64,000 nt of DNA from Lama glama (taxonomy: Eukaryota). Made by a program: the position numbers and the translations under genes. The stretch is from the NCBI GenBank assembly GCA_028534125.1, contig CM052816.1, forward strand, positions 38,194,001 through 38,258,000. Reading direction: 5' to 3'. The notes under the pieces are model-generated. The model worked only from the letters and a program-made list of their open reading frames with translations, was not told where the DNA came from and searched no databases. Below are positions 1 to 11,949 of this stretch, one piece after another (the first letter of the stretch is position 1; the number at the start of each line of letters is the position of its first letter).

Positions 1-49
1 CTAAGCTAATTCATGAATATACCCACATTTCTCACAACAGCTCTGCTAT

Positions 50-790
50 CTTACTCATCTGGAGCACCATTTGATCTCAGCTAGATAATCTTTACAGGGT
101 TTTGAATCATCTTTTCCAGTGGATTTGGCCCCGCCAAGGTATCTTCCACTGAGCAGCCAGAGTCATTTTTCTGAAATGCTATTTGATGATATAATTATGT
201 GAATCTTCTGTTTAGATTATTTCAGTATGTTCTAATCATCTTACAAACCCTTGAGACTCTGGTCATCATTCTCACTTAGTAATAGTGAACATTTTCCCTC
301 TACATTCACTCACATTTAATCCTTCGTATTTTCTCGTCTCTCTGTCACCTTGAACCAAAGACACTGTGCCAGACCTCTTTGTCTGCCAAACTCTTTTATT
401 CATCTGTCATTTATTATTTTTTGGACTTCCTACATATGTCAGACATGTAGTATACTGGGGGCCGAGAGATGCTACGTGAATAAAATAAAAATCATTTACT
501 AAATCATAATGGTCATACTTAGTGTATTTTAGTTCTCAGCTTAAAACTTCGAATGTCTTGTCAAGTAGGTGAGTTACAGTTTTGTTTTCTGATAACACTG
601 TGTACTTTTTTCCATCATAGCACTTACTACACTTCATATATATAATTGTTTATTCCACCTCTTTCATAAGAATTAGAAACCAACTCTGAGAGGGTAGAAA
701 TGAGAGCTGTATTGCTTATGACTGTATACACAGCATCTGGCACAATTTTCTAGCACATAGTTGACAATAGGAAATATTTTTTTAATATTA
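50..790 (+). mobile_element. Degraded LINE-2 fragments
   Basis: L2-like motifs (cttccactgagcagccagagtcatttttctgaaatg; gcatctggcacaattttctagcacatag). Confidence 0.55.
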
Positions 791-2590
791 AAATGAAAAG
801 ACATATGGGGATACAGTTGAATAAATCATGCCAAGATACAGCTACAAGTGATTGGCTCATGACATTATATCTGTCATTACTAACAGTCCTAGAAACATTG
901 AAAATATATCAGAAAAACTTTATCAAAAACAGAATTTAATAAAATCTAAAGGAATGTATGTATGTGTGTGTGTATAACTGTTTAAAATCAGAATGTCAGC
1001 TTAAAAAATAAGCTTAAATGTTTCACATATTCATAGAATATAAAAATAGTATCAGCTTTAAAAACAAGTCATTCATATATTTAAATATACTGTGAAAACG
1101 AACAGAACAATCAAGCAGTTAACAGAAACAAATTTTGGAGATGAAATTCTATGAAAACATAAGGTGTTCATGTTTTGGTAAATGCAATTTTCACTGTGAA
1201 AATAGCACTAGAAAATAGACTTGGTTGAGAGGGAAGAAAAACTGTGTTCTAGAAAACCATTCAAAGAGGTTCTCCATGTATATATCTTTTGTTTTAAGTA
1301 AATTTACATTTTCACACTGTCTCTGATGTGTATCTGATTCTGCTGCATTATGGGTATGAGGTATGAGACCAGATTTAGTAGAATTATCTTTTTACCACAT
1401 AATCTCAATAAGTTAGGTATTATACATTCTGGAAATATTTCCAAGGGAGGGATCTGCTGACACATGGTCCCTTAAATTCACGCAGGAGTTCACTTAAATC
1501 CGAGAGACTACACTCTCACAAAACAAAGTGAAAAAGTACAGAGGAAACAGAGTAGGAAGAAAAAACATAGGATCCATTTCCGGATAATAACAGAGCATCA
1601 GAGCATCAAGGCAAAGCGCCATGTTTACCATACTGCATGTAGTGTTATGAGAAAACTCAATGGGAACTCACCTAGTCTACAGCTCATCTGTGGTTTTAAG
1701 CTGAGACCTGAAGTATGCTAGAGTATAAACAGTAACAGTATGATTTAATGAATAATATGAGTGATTCAATTATCCAACTTAAAGATTGGTAAAAATAAGT
1801 ACATTATGGATATTTTTGATTTAAGGAAATAACATATTGCTTTTGTACTTAAGAAAGATATTTTCCCACTCTAGATAATTTTACATTGTAAAAGTATTCT
1901 CATATAATTTTATTACTATTAATTTTTAAAATTTCCCCACTGTCTATTCACTACTTAAGAGTAATTTTGGGATAGTACCTTATTGAGGCATTTAGAGTGT
2001 CATTAATTTCCTAATACATTACAATCTATTGCTATATATTCAATTTCCTCAGCTTGGTATCAGGGAAGAACACTTGCCATAGGAAAATCAAACTTATTGT
2101 GAAAAAGGCAAAAGAAATTTAACCAGTCAATTTGCTTCTGAAAATGTTTGGATGGATTGAACTCCAGCCTTTCTATAGAGTAATTTATTCCAGAACTAAT
2201 GTTTTAGCTGATTATTAAAAAAGAAGTTGGTTGGCCAGATCTTTGAAAGTGTGCTTTAATTTAAACATATTAAACTAGATTGATCTTTTCAAGAATTTCT
2301 TGAAAGCTTTTAAAACAAAAATCTTATCACTTAGGTCCTTAACCTGTACCATTTTTAGAATTCTTGGGAACTGAGTTCAAATGTGGAGATGTTATTATTC
2401 ATAATAGCCTAATTCATAAATTTCAGGTGAAGAAAAATGAAGTGGAAAAATAGTGGACCTATTATGTGAGATCAAACAGACCTTTAGAAACGTGAAGAAA
2501 ACTTGTATTGATTATTTATATCCTTTTTTTTAAAGGATGTATTTAATCATCTGTGACTATTATGCAAGTTACATCAAGAGTTGCTTTTTT

Positions 2591-3434
2591 GCAGATCAAA
2601 ACTACAATGAGGTATCACCTCACACCAGTCAGAATGGCCATCATTAAAAAGTCTACAAACAATAAATGCTGGAGAGGGTGTGGAGAAAAGGGAACCTACC
2701 CTGTTGGTGGGAATCTAATTTGGTGCAGTCATTATGGAAAATAGTATGGAAACTCCTTAAAAAACTAAAAATAGACTCACCATATGATCCAGCAATCCCA
2801 CTCCTGGGCATATACCCAGAGTGAACTCTAATTCAAGAAGATACATGCACACCAATGTTCATAAGCAGCACTCTTTACAATAGCCAAGGCATGGAAACAA
2901 CCTAAATGTCCATCAACATAGGGCTGGACAAAGAAGTTGTGGTGTATATATTTACAATGGAATACTACTCAGCCATAAAAAGAATAAAATAATTTCATTT
3001 GCAGCAACATGGATGGACCTGGAGATTGTTATTCTAAGTGAAGTAAGCCAGAAAAAGAAAGAAAAATACCATATGGTATCGTGTGTATGTGGAATCTAAA
3101 AAAAAAAAGGACACAAATGAACTTTTACAAAACAGAAATAGACTCAGAGACATAAAAGACAAACATGGTTACTGGGACAGGGAGGGGGAGGGAGGTGAGA
3201 AGGGGTAAATTGGGAGTTTGAGATTTGCAGATATTAACTACTATATCTATTACCAAATAGATAAACAACAGGTTTCTTCTGTATAGCACAGGGAACTATA
3301 TTCAATATCTTCTAGTAGCCTATAATGAAAAAAGAATCTGAAAATGAACATATGTATGTATACGTGTGACTGAAACATTATGCTGTACACAAGAAATTGT
3401 TGCAACATTGTAAACTGACTATACTTCAATAAAA
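2591..3434 (+). mobile_element. 5'-truncated LINE-1 (ORF2 end + 3' UTR), camelid/artiodactyl type
   Basis: ORF2 C-terminal peptide [34 protein letters not shown]; 3' UTR gtatagcacagggaactatattcaatatc; A tail; probable TSD AAGAGTTGCTTTT (2576-2588) / AAGAACTGCTTTT (3435-3447). Confidence 0.95.
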
Positions 3435-3799
3435 AAGAACTGCTTTTCTTTCCCACTAATAAAAATTTTTATATTGAAAACAAGGACTACTTCAAGTTGC
3501 CAAATTAATATGAAAAGTTTCTTTGTCCAGAAACTATCTTTATAAGATCTAACATGCTTCTATTGGAGAATAGAGAAACCTGATTATCAGTGTCCCAAAG
3601 AGGTAACCAAATAGAAGTTAATCGTCACTATTAACACTAACTCCAACAGTATAAGGATGTTCAGACTGTCTGTCCCCATGGGCCCATCATTTCCACCCTA
3701 AGTGAAGTAACAAAGGAAGTCAGAACAACTCCCCGCATTGGAAGTCTCCACATCACCCATTTGTCCTAGTGATCCAAGACAGAGATTCAATAACTACTT

Positions 3800-4260
3800 A
3801 GACAGTATTCATACATCAATATTTTCTTAGCACTTAACCTTGTACCTTACTGTTTAAGATACTAAAGATACATCAGTGAATTGAACAGACAAAACTGCCT
3901 GCTTTCAAGAGTTCTGAGCAGATCATGGGACTCTGTGGGCCATTATAAGGACTCTGGCACTTAAACTGAGAAAAATGTGAGGCTCTATAAGGTCTTGAAC
4001 AAAAAGGCATGATCTAACTTATGTTACAGTTCATGATCTGGTTTCTGTGTGGATATTAAACAGTGGGGGGAAAAATGAGAGTAGGGAGACTAGTTAAGAG
4101 GATATGTAATAATCCCAGTGAGAGAAAATCAGGAGAATAAGCAGTGAGGAATAGTCATCAGATGGCGTACACTTGGAAAAAACAGCCAAAAGGATTTTCT
4201 AACAGACTACATGAAAGGTGTACGGGAAGGAAAGAGGGAGAGAAGGAGGGGAAGAGAAAG
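3800..4260 (-). mobile_element. LINE-2 fragments
   Basis: Antisense L2 3'-end and internal motifs (agatacatcagtgaattgaacagacaaaactgcctgc; gggagactagttaagagg). Confidence 0.6.
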
Positions 4261-4629
4261 GGAGCTGAGGAAAGCAGCGTGGCTGATATTTACATGATAT
4301 TTAAACGTGGCAGACCACAGGACTAGAGAGAAAATGGACAGTCAAAATCCTCTGACTGGTCTTCTCAGGACTTCAATATTTCAACTACATTTTTTAAATG
4401 AAAATCAAAGCAAATCCTGCAGCAGAAAGAAGGCTGACTCAAAATTTTCTGTTTTAAGATAAGATCGTATCTATAATCACCACAGAGAGGACCCTTAAAT
4501 CCCGACAAAGATAACTATAAGCAACTTTTAGACAGAGTAGTGCACTGGCAGCAGAATGAAACTGATTGGGTATTTTATGAGTAAGGAAGCTCTTATGCAT
4601 TCTGCCTACCAAATTCCGATATAGGGGAG

Positions 4630-4945
4630 GTCCCCCCACCACCACCAAGGAATTCTCAGGGCACCAACTGGGTGTCCTATAATTTAACTCAATTCTGACA
4701 CTATCTACTAGGAGATTACATCAGATTCCACAGGTTAAGGGTTCAGTCCTACAGGACTGCCCCCATCCCTCATTTCACACACCAGTCTCAAGCTCAGGTT
4801 GTCACCTGTGCTTCTGACTGACTGGCTATAGATTCTGAGGTAACCACGACATCTCCTTGGATTCAATTAATTTGTTAGAGCCATCCACAGAATTCAGAAA
4901 AAAAAAATTTACTTACTACATCATCAGTTTATTATAAAAGGATAT
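4630..4945. mobile_element. ERV LTR fragment (MER21/MER34-like)
   Basis: ctgggtgtcctataatttaactcaattctgacactatctac...ccacaggttaagggttcagtcctacaggactgcccc is typical of this LTR group. Confidence 0.7.
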
Positions 4946-5364
4946 AGAAGACATACATCTCAGAAATTCCAGAAAAATTATGCTGACACTATTTATGTAG
5001 CATGTATACTGAACAGATGTTCCCCTACTTCTGTTTAAGTATATCAGTCTCTCCATTTTCAGAATCATAAAAATGCACTGTTACTTTCTGAAACATTGCT
5101 TAGCCCTAAAAATTTATCATTATGTCTAAGTGCAGAATTAATAGTCATTATTTCAACCATATTTTTAAAATAAAATCCAGTTACGACTGTAAAACTATTT
5201 ACATTGATGACTCTCCTATCATTTGGATAACTCAAAGTACTTGACACAAGAAGCCAATAAAATCCAAATATCTTAGCTATGTAGTCTACAATTAAATAAT
5301 TTGAGATAAAATTTGGTTGGCTCTGGAGAATGGTGGAACTGAGAGGGGGTTTAGGGAAAATTTA

Positions 5365-5480
5365 TAATCCTACTTCCCCATGTAATAGATGAGAAAATCA
5401 AAACCAAAAGTGGTTTTGGTATGGACTTAAGGACACTGAGTAGTTAATAATATCACAATTACTTGAACTCAGGTATCTTT
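5365..5480 (-). mobile_element. MIR fragment
   Basis: ccatgtaatagatgagaaaatc...cttaaggacac...cttgaactcagg core. Confidence 0.55.
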
Positions 5481-5502
5481 CTGTTATATACTTGCTGCTT
5501 AC

Positions 5503-5581
5503 CTGGAATAGTATTTATACACGCATATGACTGTCTAACAGAAAAGAAACGTATATGACACAAAGTTCCTGAAGACACCAT
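5503..5581 (-). CDS. MGAT4C: Alternative 5' coding exon segment (26 aa + phase-1 donor), probably the N-terminal extension of the long isoform of alpha-1,3-mannosyl-glycoprotein 4-beta-N-acetylglucosaminyltransferase C
   Basis: Minus strand reads ATG GTG TCT TCA GGA ACT TTG TGT CAT ... ACT ATT CCA G|gtaagc, an open frame ending in a near-consensus donor. The peptide MVSSGTLCHIRFFSVRQSYACINTIP resembles the human MGAT4C long-isoform start as I recall it (MVSSGTLCHI...ACIN.IP, then EKRMFKF...). Gene identity is from memory, not a database search. Confidence 0.7.
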
Positions 5582-6196
5582 GGAAAAGATATGCAGGAGG
5601 AACTAGAAAACTAGTCCTCTCTTTTCAGTTTCTCTGTTTCCCCTGGACTCCTCCTGCATACCTCCCCTTTCCTCAAGAAATGAAAGCACGGCTTGTATTC
5701 CTCTTGAAAGTGAACACAGACAACGTTCGATAGAGTCCATCCAGTCCCACTCTTCTGATATTCTGATTGCCTCATTCCTAATTCCTAAAGAGGTACTAAG
5801 TACCAGTCTGAATTTGAACATCTTTTCTTAGCAACTGAGTTTTGATTATGCAGGGCCATGCTGCTACCATTACTTCTGTTCAGTTGTTCCTCCATCTCAG
5901 GTTGATGATGGTAATAAGAAAATCAGACTGTCAAACACTCAAACACACTATGATGAAACAAGTGCTAATCCCTTTTTGAGTCTGCCCACTGCTGAAAAGA
6001 AATATTAATGTGGCAGACATAAGGCACAACACCCTGGCTCGTCATCTAACTGCTGATGTGCCAGGCCTATGGGAAATGAATAAATGAAATTAAAACTGTG
6101 CCAGAATAGACAAGTCATCAGTGTCTGGAGTAAAGCACAAGCCTTGTGAGTGCTGATGCCGCACACTCTCAGCTGGTAACCCAAGGACAGAGAGAA

Positions 6197-6234
6197 GGGG
6201 CGGAACACTGCCCATCCCAATCACGTGATACGTA
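6197..6234. promoter_or_regulatory. Candidate promoter motif cluster upstream of the 5503-5581 exon
   Basis: GGGGCGG (6197-6203), CCAAT (6217-6221), 10-bp palindrome ATCACGTGAT (6220-6229) and TACGTA (6229-6234) within 38 bp; CpGs retained in a CpG-poor background. Confidence 0.5.
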
Positions 6235-6911
6235 GTCACTTCTTGGGGATCCCTCCACTGCCATGTCACCCACATCAATGCTGGCCTTATTCTTTTTCAT
6301 ATCATGGCTACTTAACACCCACTAAGAACCAAGATCTTACTCAGCAAAACAATTTTTACTATCAAGGGAAATCGGAATCTTTACTGATTATACCCCAAAG
6401 ATAACATTTAACGTGGTACCTTAGGTTCAATTTACTTTTTACGTAGAGAATGATTAGTTGGAGTAAAAGAAAAATATCATTGTTATGCAAAACCTAGATC
6501 ACACAGAACCTTGGATAATATGTGGTATCAAACAAACTTGAATTCAGTGGCTAGTAATTCTGAATGTCTGCCATTAGGTCTGTAACTTGACACTAAAAAT
6601 AAATTACATAATCTTGTAAAAACAGTCCCTTTTTTTGGCTCTTGGGTTTAGAAGAAGGGGACGGATAATTAGCTTTGAAGTTGCATTGGGAGAGAAAATA
6701 AAGCTATTTAACCAATATTCAAAAAGTTTTCAGTTTTTTAATTTTTTCTAATGACTTTAAAATGACTCTAGAGAACATCGCATTATACATAGCAAAATAT
6801 TTTCTGTGAAATATGGGCAAATAATTATTCACATGTATTAGTATCACTATAAACCAAATCTGATTACTTTGACCCTTTGGTGATGTGATTGGGTTAAAGT
6901 GTTACTAGCTC

Positions 6912-7140
6912 CATTAGCCAGTTATTTCTGCAATAATGTTGTTTAATAAACAACCCTCAACTTTCAGTGGCTTTATGACAGCCCATGGCTTCTGTCCTCA
7001 CTCCTGTGCTGTCTGAGGTGGCTCAGCTTCAAGGTACAGACTAGGTTCAGGTCTTGTCTGCGCATTTCTCATTCTGAGACCAGTGACCATTTCTCAAAGT
7101 AGGCAGCAGAAGAATCACGGGGGTGATCAAAAATATATGC
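6912..7140. mobile_element. Old MaLR LTR (MLT1K/L-like) fragment
   Basis: ttagccagttatttctgcaataatgttg...aacaaccctcaactttcagtggcttta...ggttcaggtc pattern. Confidence 0.55.
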
Positions 7141-7349
7141 TCTTGAGGAGGGAGCGACTGAAGTTTCCATGATATTAAAAAAAAAATTCACAAAGAAATA
7201 GTATTGACAATATTTAATCTGAATCTTGAAGGATACATATAATATTACAGAAAGAGAGAAAAGTATATTCAAAACTTTGAGTATACGAACTATCTCATAT
7301 CATTTGGATAGTTCTTCCTTGATTTTTCAGACATTCAGTTTAAATTCTG

Positions 7350-7740
7350 AATCATTCATTAAGTATTAATTCAATCAAGGATGATTTATTGACAATTTTA
7401 TGCCAGGCAGTGTACTAATGAAATGAATTAAATAAAGAAAAATAAATAGACACTGTCCTTCTTCTCTCAGACTAGTGAGAGAGAGAAATAATCACATTAA
7501 GGAATATCCAAATACAGACTCAGATAAGGGTTCTGAAGGAAATTATTACAGCTCTATGAAAGTACTCAGTGAAGAGTCTGGTGTAGTCTAGGGGTAGCAG
7601 ACACAATGTCCTCAAGGAAGTGATGCCTCAGGCCGAAATATGAAAGAGTTAACTGGAGGAGAAGCAAAGTTGAAAGCTGATAGGAAATAAGTGCAGAAGC
7701 CATGGGACTGAGAAATGACTGGAAATGGCATGAGGGAATA
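7350..7740 (-). mobile_element. LINE-2 3' fragment
   Basis: attcattaagtatt...tttattga...tgccaggcagtgtacta...gacactgtccttc pattern. Confidence 0.65.
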
Positions 7741-8869
7741 AAGAGAAAGGAGATTTCTGTTTTATGCTATTTTGCATCTTTTCTCTGGTTTTTTTTTTCC
7801 TCTCTTCTCAGTGGTAAGTACATAGTCTTTCAATTGGTCAACACAAGATGAAGAGATTAGACAAATCATCTCCTGAACAAAGGATGTATTGCTTTTATTT
7901 CATAGCTCTTATTAACAACTGTTTCTGGAGGACAGCAGAATACAGAATCTTGATTTACTAAGGGTCTTCAAACATGCAAATACTTAACTATAGTTGTGTT
8001 TTTCCTTCTCCATAAGCATTATGATGTGGATGTAATTAATGTCTGAAAAAGGGAATATTTATTCTTTTGAACATACAGGTGATAGCACTTTTTAATTTAT
8101 TTCCTGTGCCACATTCTTTATCACATTTCATTTATATATAATTTAATACATGAGTTAAGATGTACTGTAATAGACAATATTTAGACCAACAAATGAATGA
8201 ATGATGGTGTACCATATCATTATAAATAATCTCTTCTACAATAAAATGAACTGTCTCAAAAATGTCCACTTTATTTAACTTAGTATTCTGGGAAAAAAAA
8301 AAGAAAAAACAAGACATTTCCCTGGGCCATGGTTTATGAGTCTTGTCTGTGTGTCTGTTATAACAGAGCATCTCAGTCATATGTCTCTCAGCACGTACAC
8401 ACCTGACATTCACAGTAGTGAAAAGTATACAGCTGTATGTATTCATTATATAAGTTATTCCCATGTTCTATCTAGTAACTATTTTTCATGGCTAAACAGT
8501 ATTATGCAAATATAATGTTGATTCCAAATGTTTTTTTTTTCTTGTCAGTTGTTAAAGCCAGTGTTCAAATATACTTGACTGCACCATGTTCTTTTAAGCA
8601 ACTGATTTTTCTAATGTCTAATCTTGACACATATGATACAGCAGAGGCATCGTCAGGCTTATCTAAAGTTAAGCAGAACTTCAGTGAAAGAAATTAGTAA
8701 CATTCAAAAAATTATTAAAGATTTGATAAGAACTAATTTTGATATGAGTGCAAGCCCCCTTAATAAGCCTAGACCCAGAACTTTAGACATAGGAAGTCCT
8801 ATAAGCCTAGAGCCCTTCTGCTCCAATGAGCCCTGAAAGTTATTAGAATTAAAACTGTAAAGTTGCCAG

Positions 8870-9110
8870 AAAAGCAGAATGGCACAGCGGCTTTGGTATC
8901 AGAAAAAACCTGCATTCAAATTTCTGCTGTCCTACCTACTACTAACCTCGACCCCGAGTAAATGTTTTAACTGGTCTTAGTGTCAACTTCACAACTTCTA
9001 AGTTGAGTACTGTATTGCCCTGCACAGGAAGTCGTTGTAAAGAATACAAAATGTAATGTGTAAAGCATTTAACACAGTGTCTGTAGTTGAATGCATATTC
9101 AATAATAATA
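8870..9110 (+). mobile_element. MIR
   Basis: ggctttggtatcagaaaaaacctgcattcaaat...aatgtaatgtgtaaagcatttaacacagtgtctg. Confidence 0.7.
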
Positions 9111-11659
9111 GCTAGTATTATCGAAACAACATAACAGAAATTCAAATGTGCTCCAGTGGAGGACTAGCTAATCCTCAACCTTAATTCTGAGTACTTTGAT
9201 TTCTCTAGGGATCTTGTGGCTACTGACGACCCGGACATTATGCAGTTTATCTGACAGTACAATGAGATTTCAAATACAAATATTCTTATAGATTTATATA
9301 AGATATCTCTGCAGTCATGTCTTAACAGCAACTGCTTGATTCTGGCAACCACAACTGTCAGCCTGGCAACGGGCATCCTCGCCTACAGCCTCGTGGGAGT
9401 CTTCTGGCCCTCCTGCACTCCATAGTGCTTGCCTAGGCAGGGACATACTGTTGCCAGTGGACCTCTGGGCTTTCTGGCATGGCAGATGCTCAACGATTAC
9501 TCCAACAGAGCCCAAGGCTGTGGCTCCCAAAGCCCCATAAATTGGTACAGTCTTTTGCCAAGAGCCCCAGTGTTATGGCAGACAGTGAGCCCTGACTATC
9601 AAGGGACATGTTTAAGGGGCTGTGTGCTGAAACCTGGCAGCCAGCCACTTCAAAAGGTTTTTCAGTCCAGATTGTTGTATTCTCCCAGAATTAAAGAAAT
9701 ACCCACATACCCACAGTCTGAAAACCATTTTTTCAGTCATGTTCCTTTTCAAAATATGCTTTGTCACATGGGTTTAATGATACAAATACCTGAGATCTAA
9801 AAATAGTTTGGTTTTTATAAAGAGAGGAAAAAAGAAAAAGGAAAAAACTAACCTAGTTCTAAATTCAGCTTTCTTTGAGAAAGAAAGAAGACTAAGAATA
9901 GAGGCAAAAATATAATTCCTAACTACAGAAATAGCAGAGAAATACTGACACATTATTGTGGACTAAATCAGAGTTTTATAGCAGATATTTGGCTTCATGT
10001 TTCTTTGAAAATAGCATTCCTGTCCATTCTTATTAAGTTTGGATTGCTCCCAAGAGTTCCTTTGTGGCTAATTTAACACCTGTGAAGTCATGGTGATATT
10101 AAGTATAAATTCATTGCCTACTGCATGGATAATTTTATTTTACTCCAAAGTTATTGCAATAATTAGTGAAATTTCATAAAAGTTCATATGGGTTTAAATC
10201 ACATTATTCATTTTTTCCATCAATTAATTAAAGAATAACTTTATGGTTAAAAAAAAAAAAGAACCTCTTTGATTTCATGTATTACAAAGCTAGGTTAGAA
10301 ACAGAACTGTTTAACCAAGTAAAAAACACTTAAAATAATGTCTTGAAAGCATTGAGTTCAAATCAAAACATTGTGTGAAGTCAAGTTAAAACCTAATGGC
10401 TTCTGCCAGTCTTCTTTTTTCACCTTTCACCTCCTTCCACCTTATCTAATGTATTTTGTGAAACATTGTTGGGATGGGTTTTGCAAAAATTACCGATTTA
10501 GTTGTATAAACCCACCAGGATACATGATTACATGGCAATATATATTGAGTTATATAGACTAGATTATTTTTCTTGTAGGTTATTTTACATGTGTAATATT
10601 TTGGACTGGGAGTGGAGATCAGCAAGATAGAACCTGGTTATAGCCTAAATAATAGAGTAAAATCAAGTTGGGAAAAGCTAAATGCAATATATGTTGAAAA
10701 TGCAGTTATTCTAGTTTATGGAATTTTAAGTACATTCAAAGGATTTTAAAAATATGTTCTTATTAGAAGCAAACTAGAGTTAATAATACACCTCTAATGC
10801 ATGTTTCATATGTTAAAATCTTTAACTAGGAGCAATATTCATACAAATTAGAAATTGCAGTTAAAAATAAAATGTCAAGCATTAAGCATTATGCAGTATA
10901 CCATAAGCTTTTTTTTTTGGAAAATTAAACCCATTTATCTCTGTGCATCTAGAATTCAAGTAGTAGTATACGCTATCAAAGTTTTCTTTACTTTTAAGAA
11001 AAACAAATAAAATTTAAATGAATGTTATTTACAATTAATATTTCTTTTGTGCCCACTGTGTCTCAGGCCAAATATAAGTATCATCTAAACTGAAATTATT
11101 AGATTATATCAAGAATCTCAAACTCAAATACTGACAAGGGCCATAGAGGTAATAATGTAAATGAAGGAAAGAAGGACTCAACTGAAAAATTAGGGACTGG
11201 TAAGAACTTCTAAGAGTATGAGTTCATCTACAAGCATTCAGCCTCACCCAAAAAAGTATAAATACTGTGTGGATTAAAACCAATATACTTTGAAGCCAAC
11301 TTTAGTTAAAAAGACAGGAAAGAGCTTCTTTTCAAAAAGGAAATTATACAGTATTGTTCCTTATTGGGAAAGTAAAATACAGTTATTCATGAACAAGCAT
11401 TTGGAAGCTATGCAGCCAAACTTAGAAATAAAGGAGGACAAATTGAAACACTCTATATATTTATTCAAAATACCTTTCAGTGATTTCTGTGGGCTAGACA
11501 TGGAACAGAAAAGACAGATTTGGTCCTTAACACTTTAAAGGTAATAGTTAGTTGACATGGATGCAAAAGAGTGTGTGGCATCCTTAAGTAGGGAAACAGT
11601 TGCAAATGATTGTCACCATTTGCATGAGGTGGATCTGTGGATTACCCGTGTCCCTGCAC

Positions 11660-11855
11660 CAGTAGTTTTCACCTGGGAGGTACCTCAGGCAAGCTTGGGA
11701 AATATGTTAGGGTATTTAGTTATTGCAATGGAAAGATACTTCTGACATTTAGGGTGCAGAGGCCAGGGAAGGTAGATATTCTATAATGTACTGGTAATTT
11801 ACACACAATGGAGAATTTTTCACCCTAAATTCCAGTAGTGTCCTTTTGATAATTA
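11660..11855 (+). mobile_element. MER20-like hAT-Charlie non-autonomous DNA transposon
   Basis: cagtagttttcacctggg...ctgacatttagggtgcagaggccagggaagg...aaattccagtagtgtcc resembles MER20. Confidence 0.6.
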
Positions 11856-11949
11856 TTATCTCTAATAGTAATATCATATTCAAAATCTTTATCACAATTC
11901 TGCCCCTTCTTCCTATTTTTCTGACCACAACTTCATGTTTTTAGAGCAT

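Noticed and set aside
2553..2744. 63-aa ORF with protein-like sequence
   Set aside because: It is the C-terminal relic of L1 ORF2 in a 5'-truncated copy, not a host gene.
5810..5821. uORF starts MFKF, like the canonical MGAT4C start as I recall it
   Set aside because: Similarity ends after four residues; treated as coincidence.
9429..9800. Longest ORF in the track (123 aa)
   Set aside because: No recognisable domain, splice context or coding-like composition; compatible with chance in a locally GC-richer stretch.
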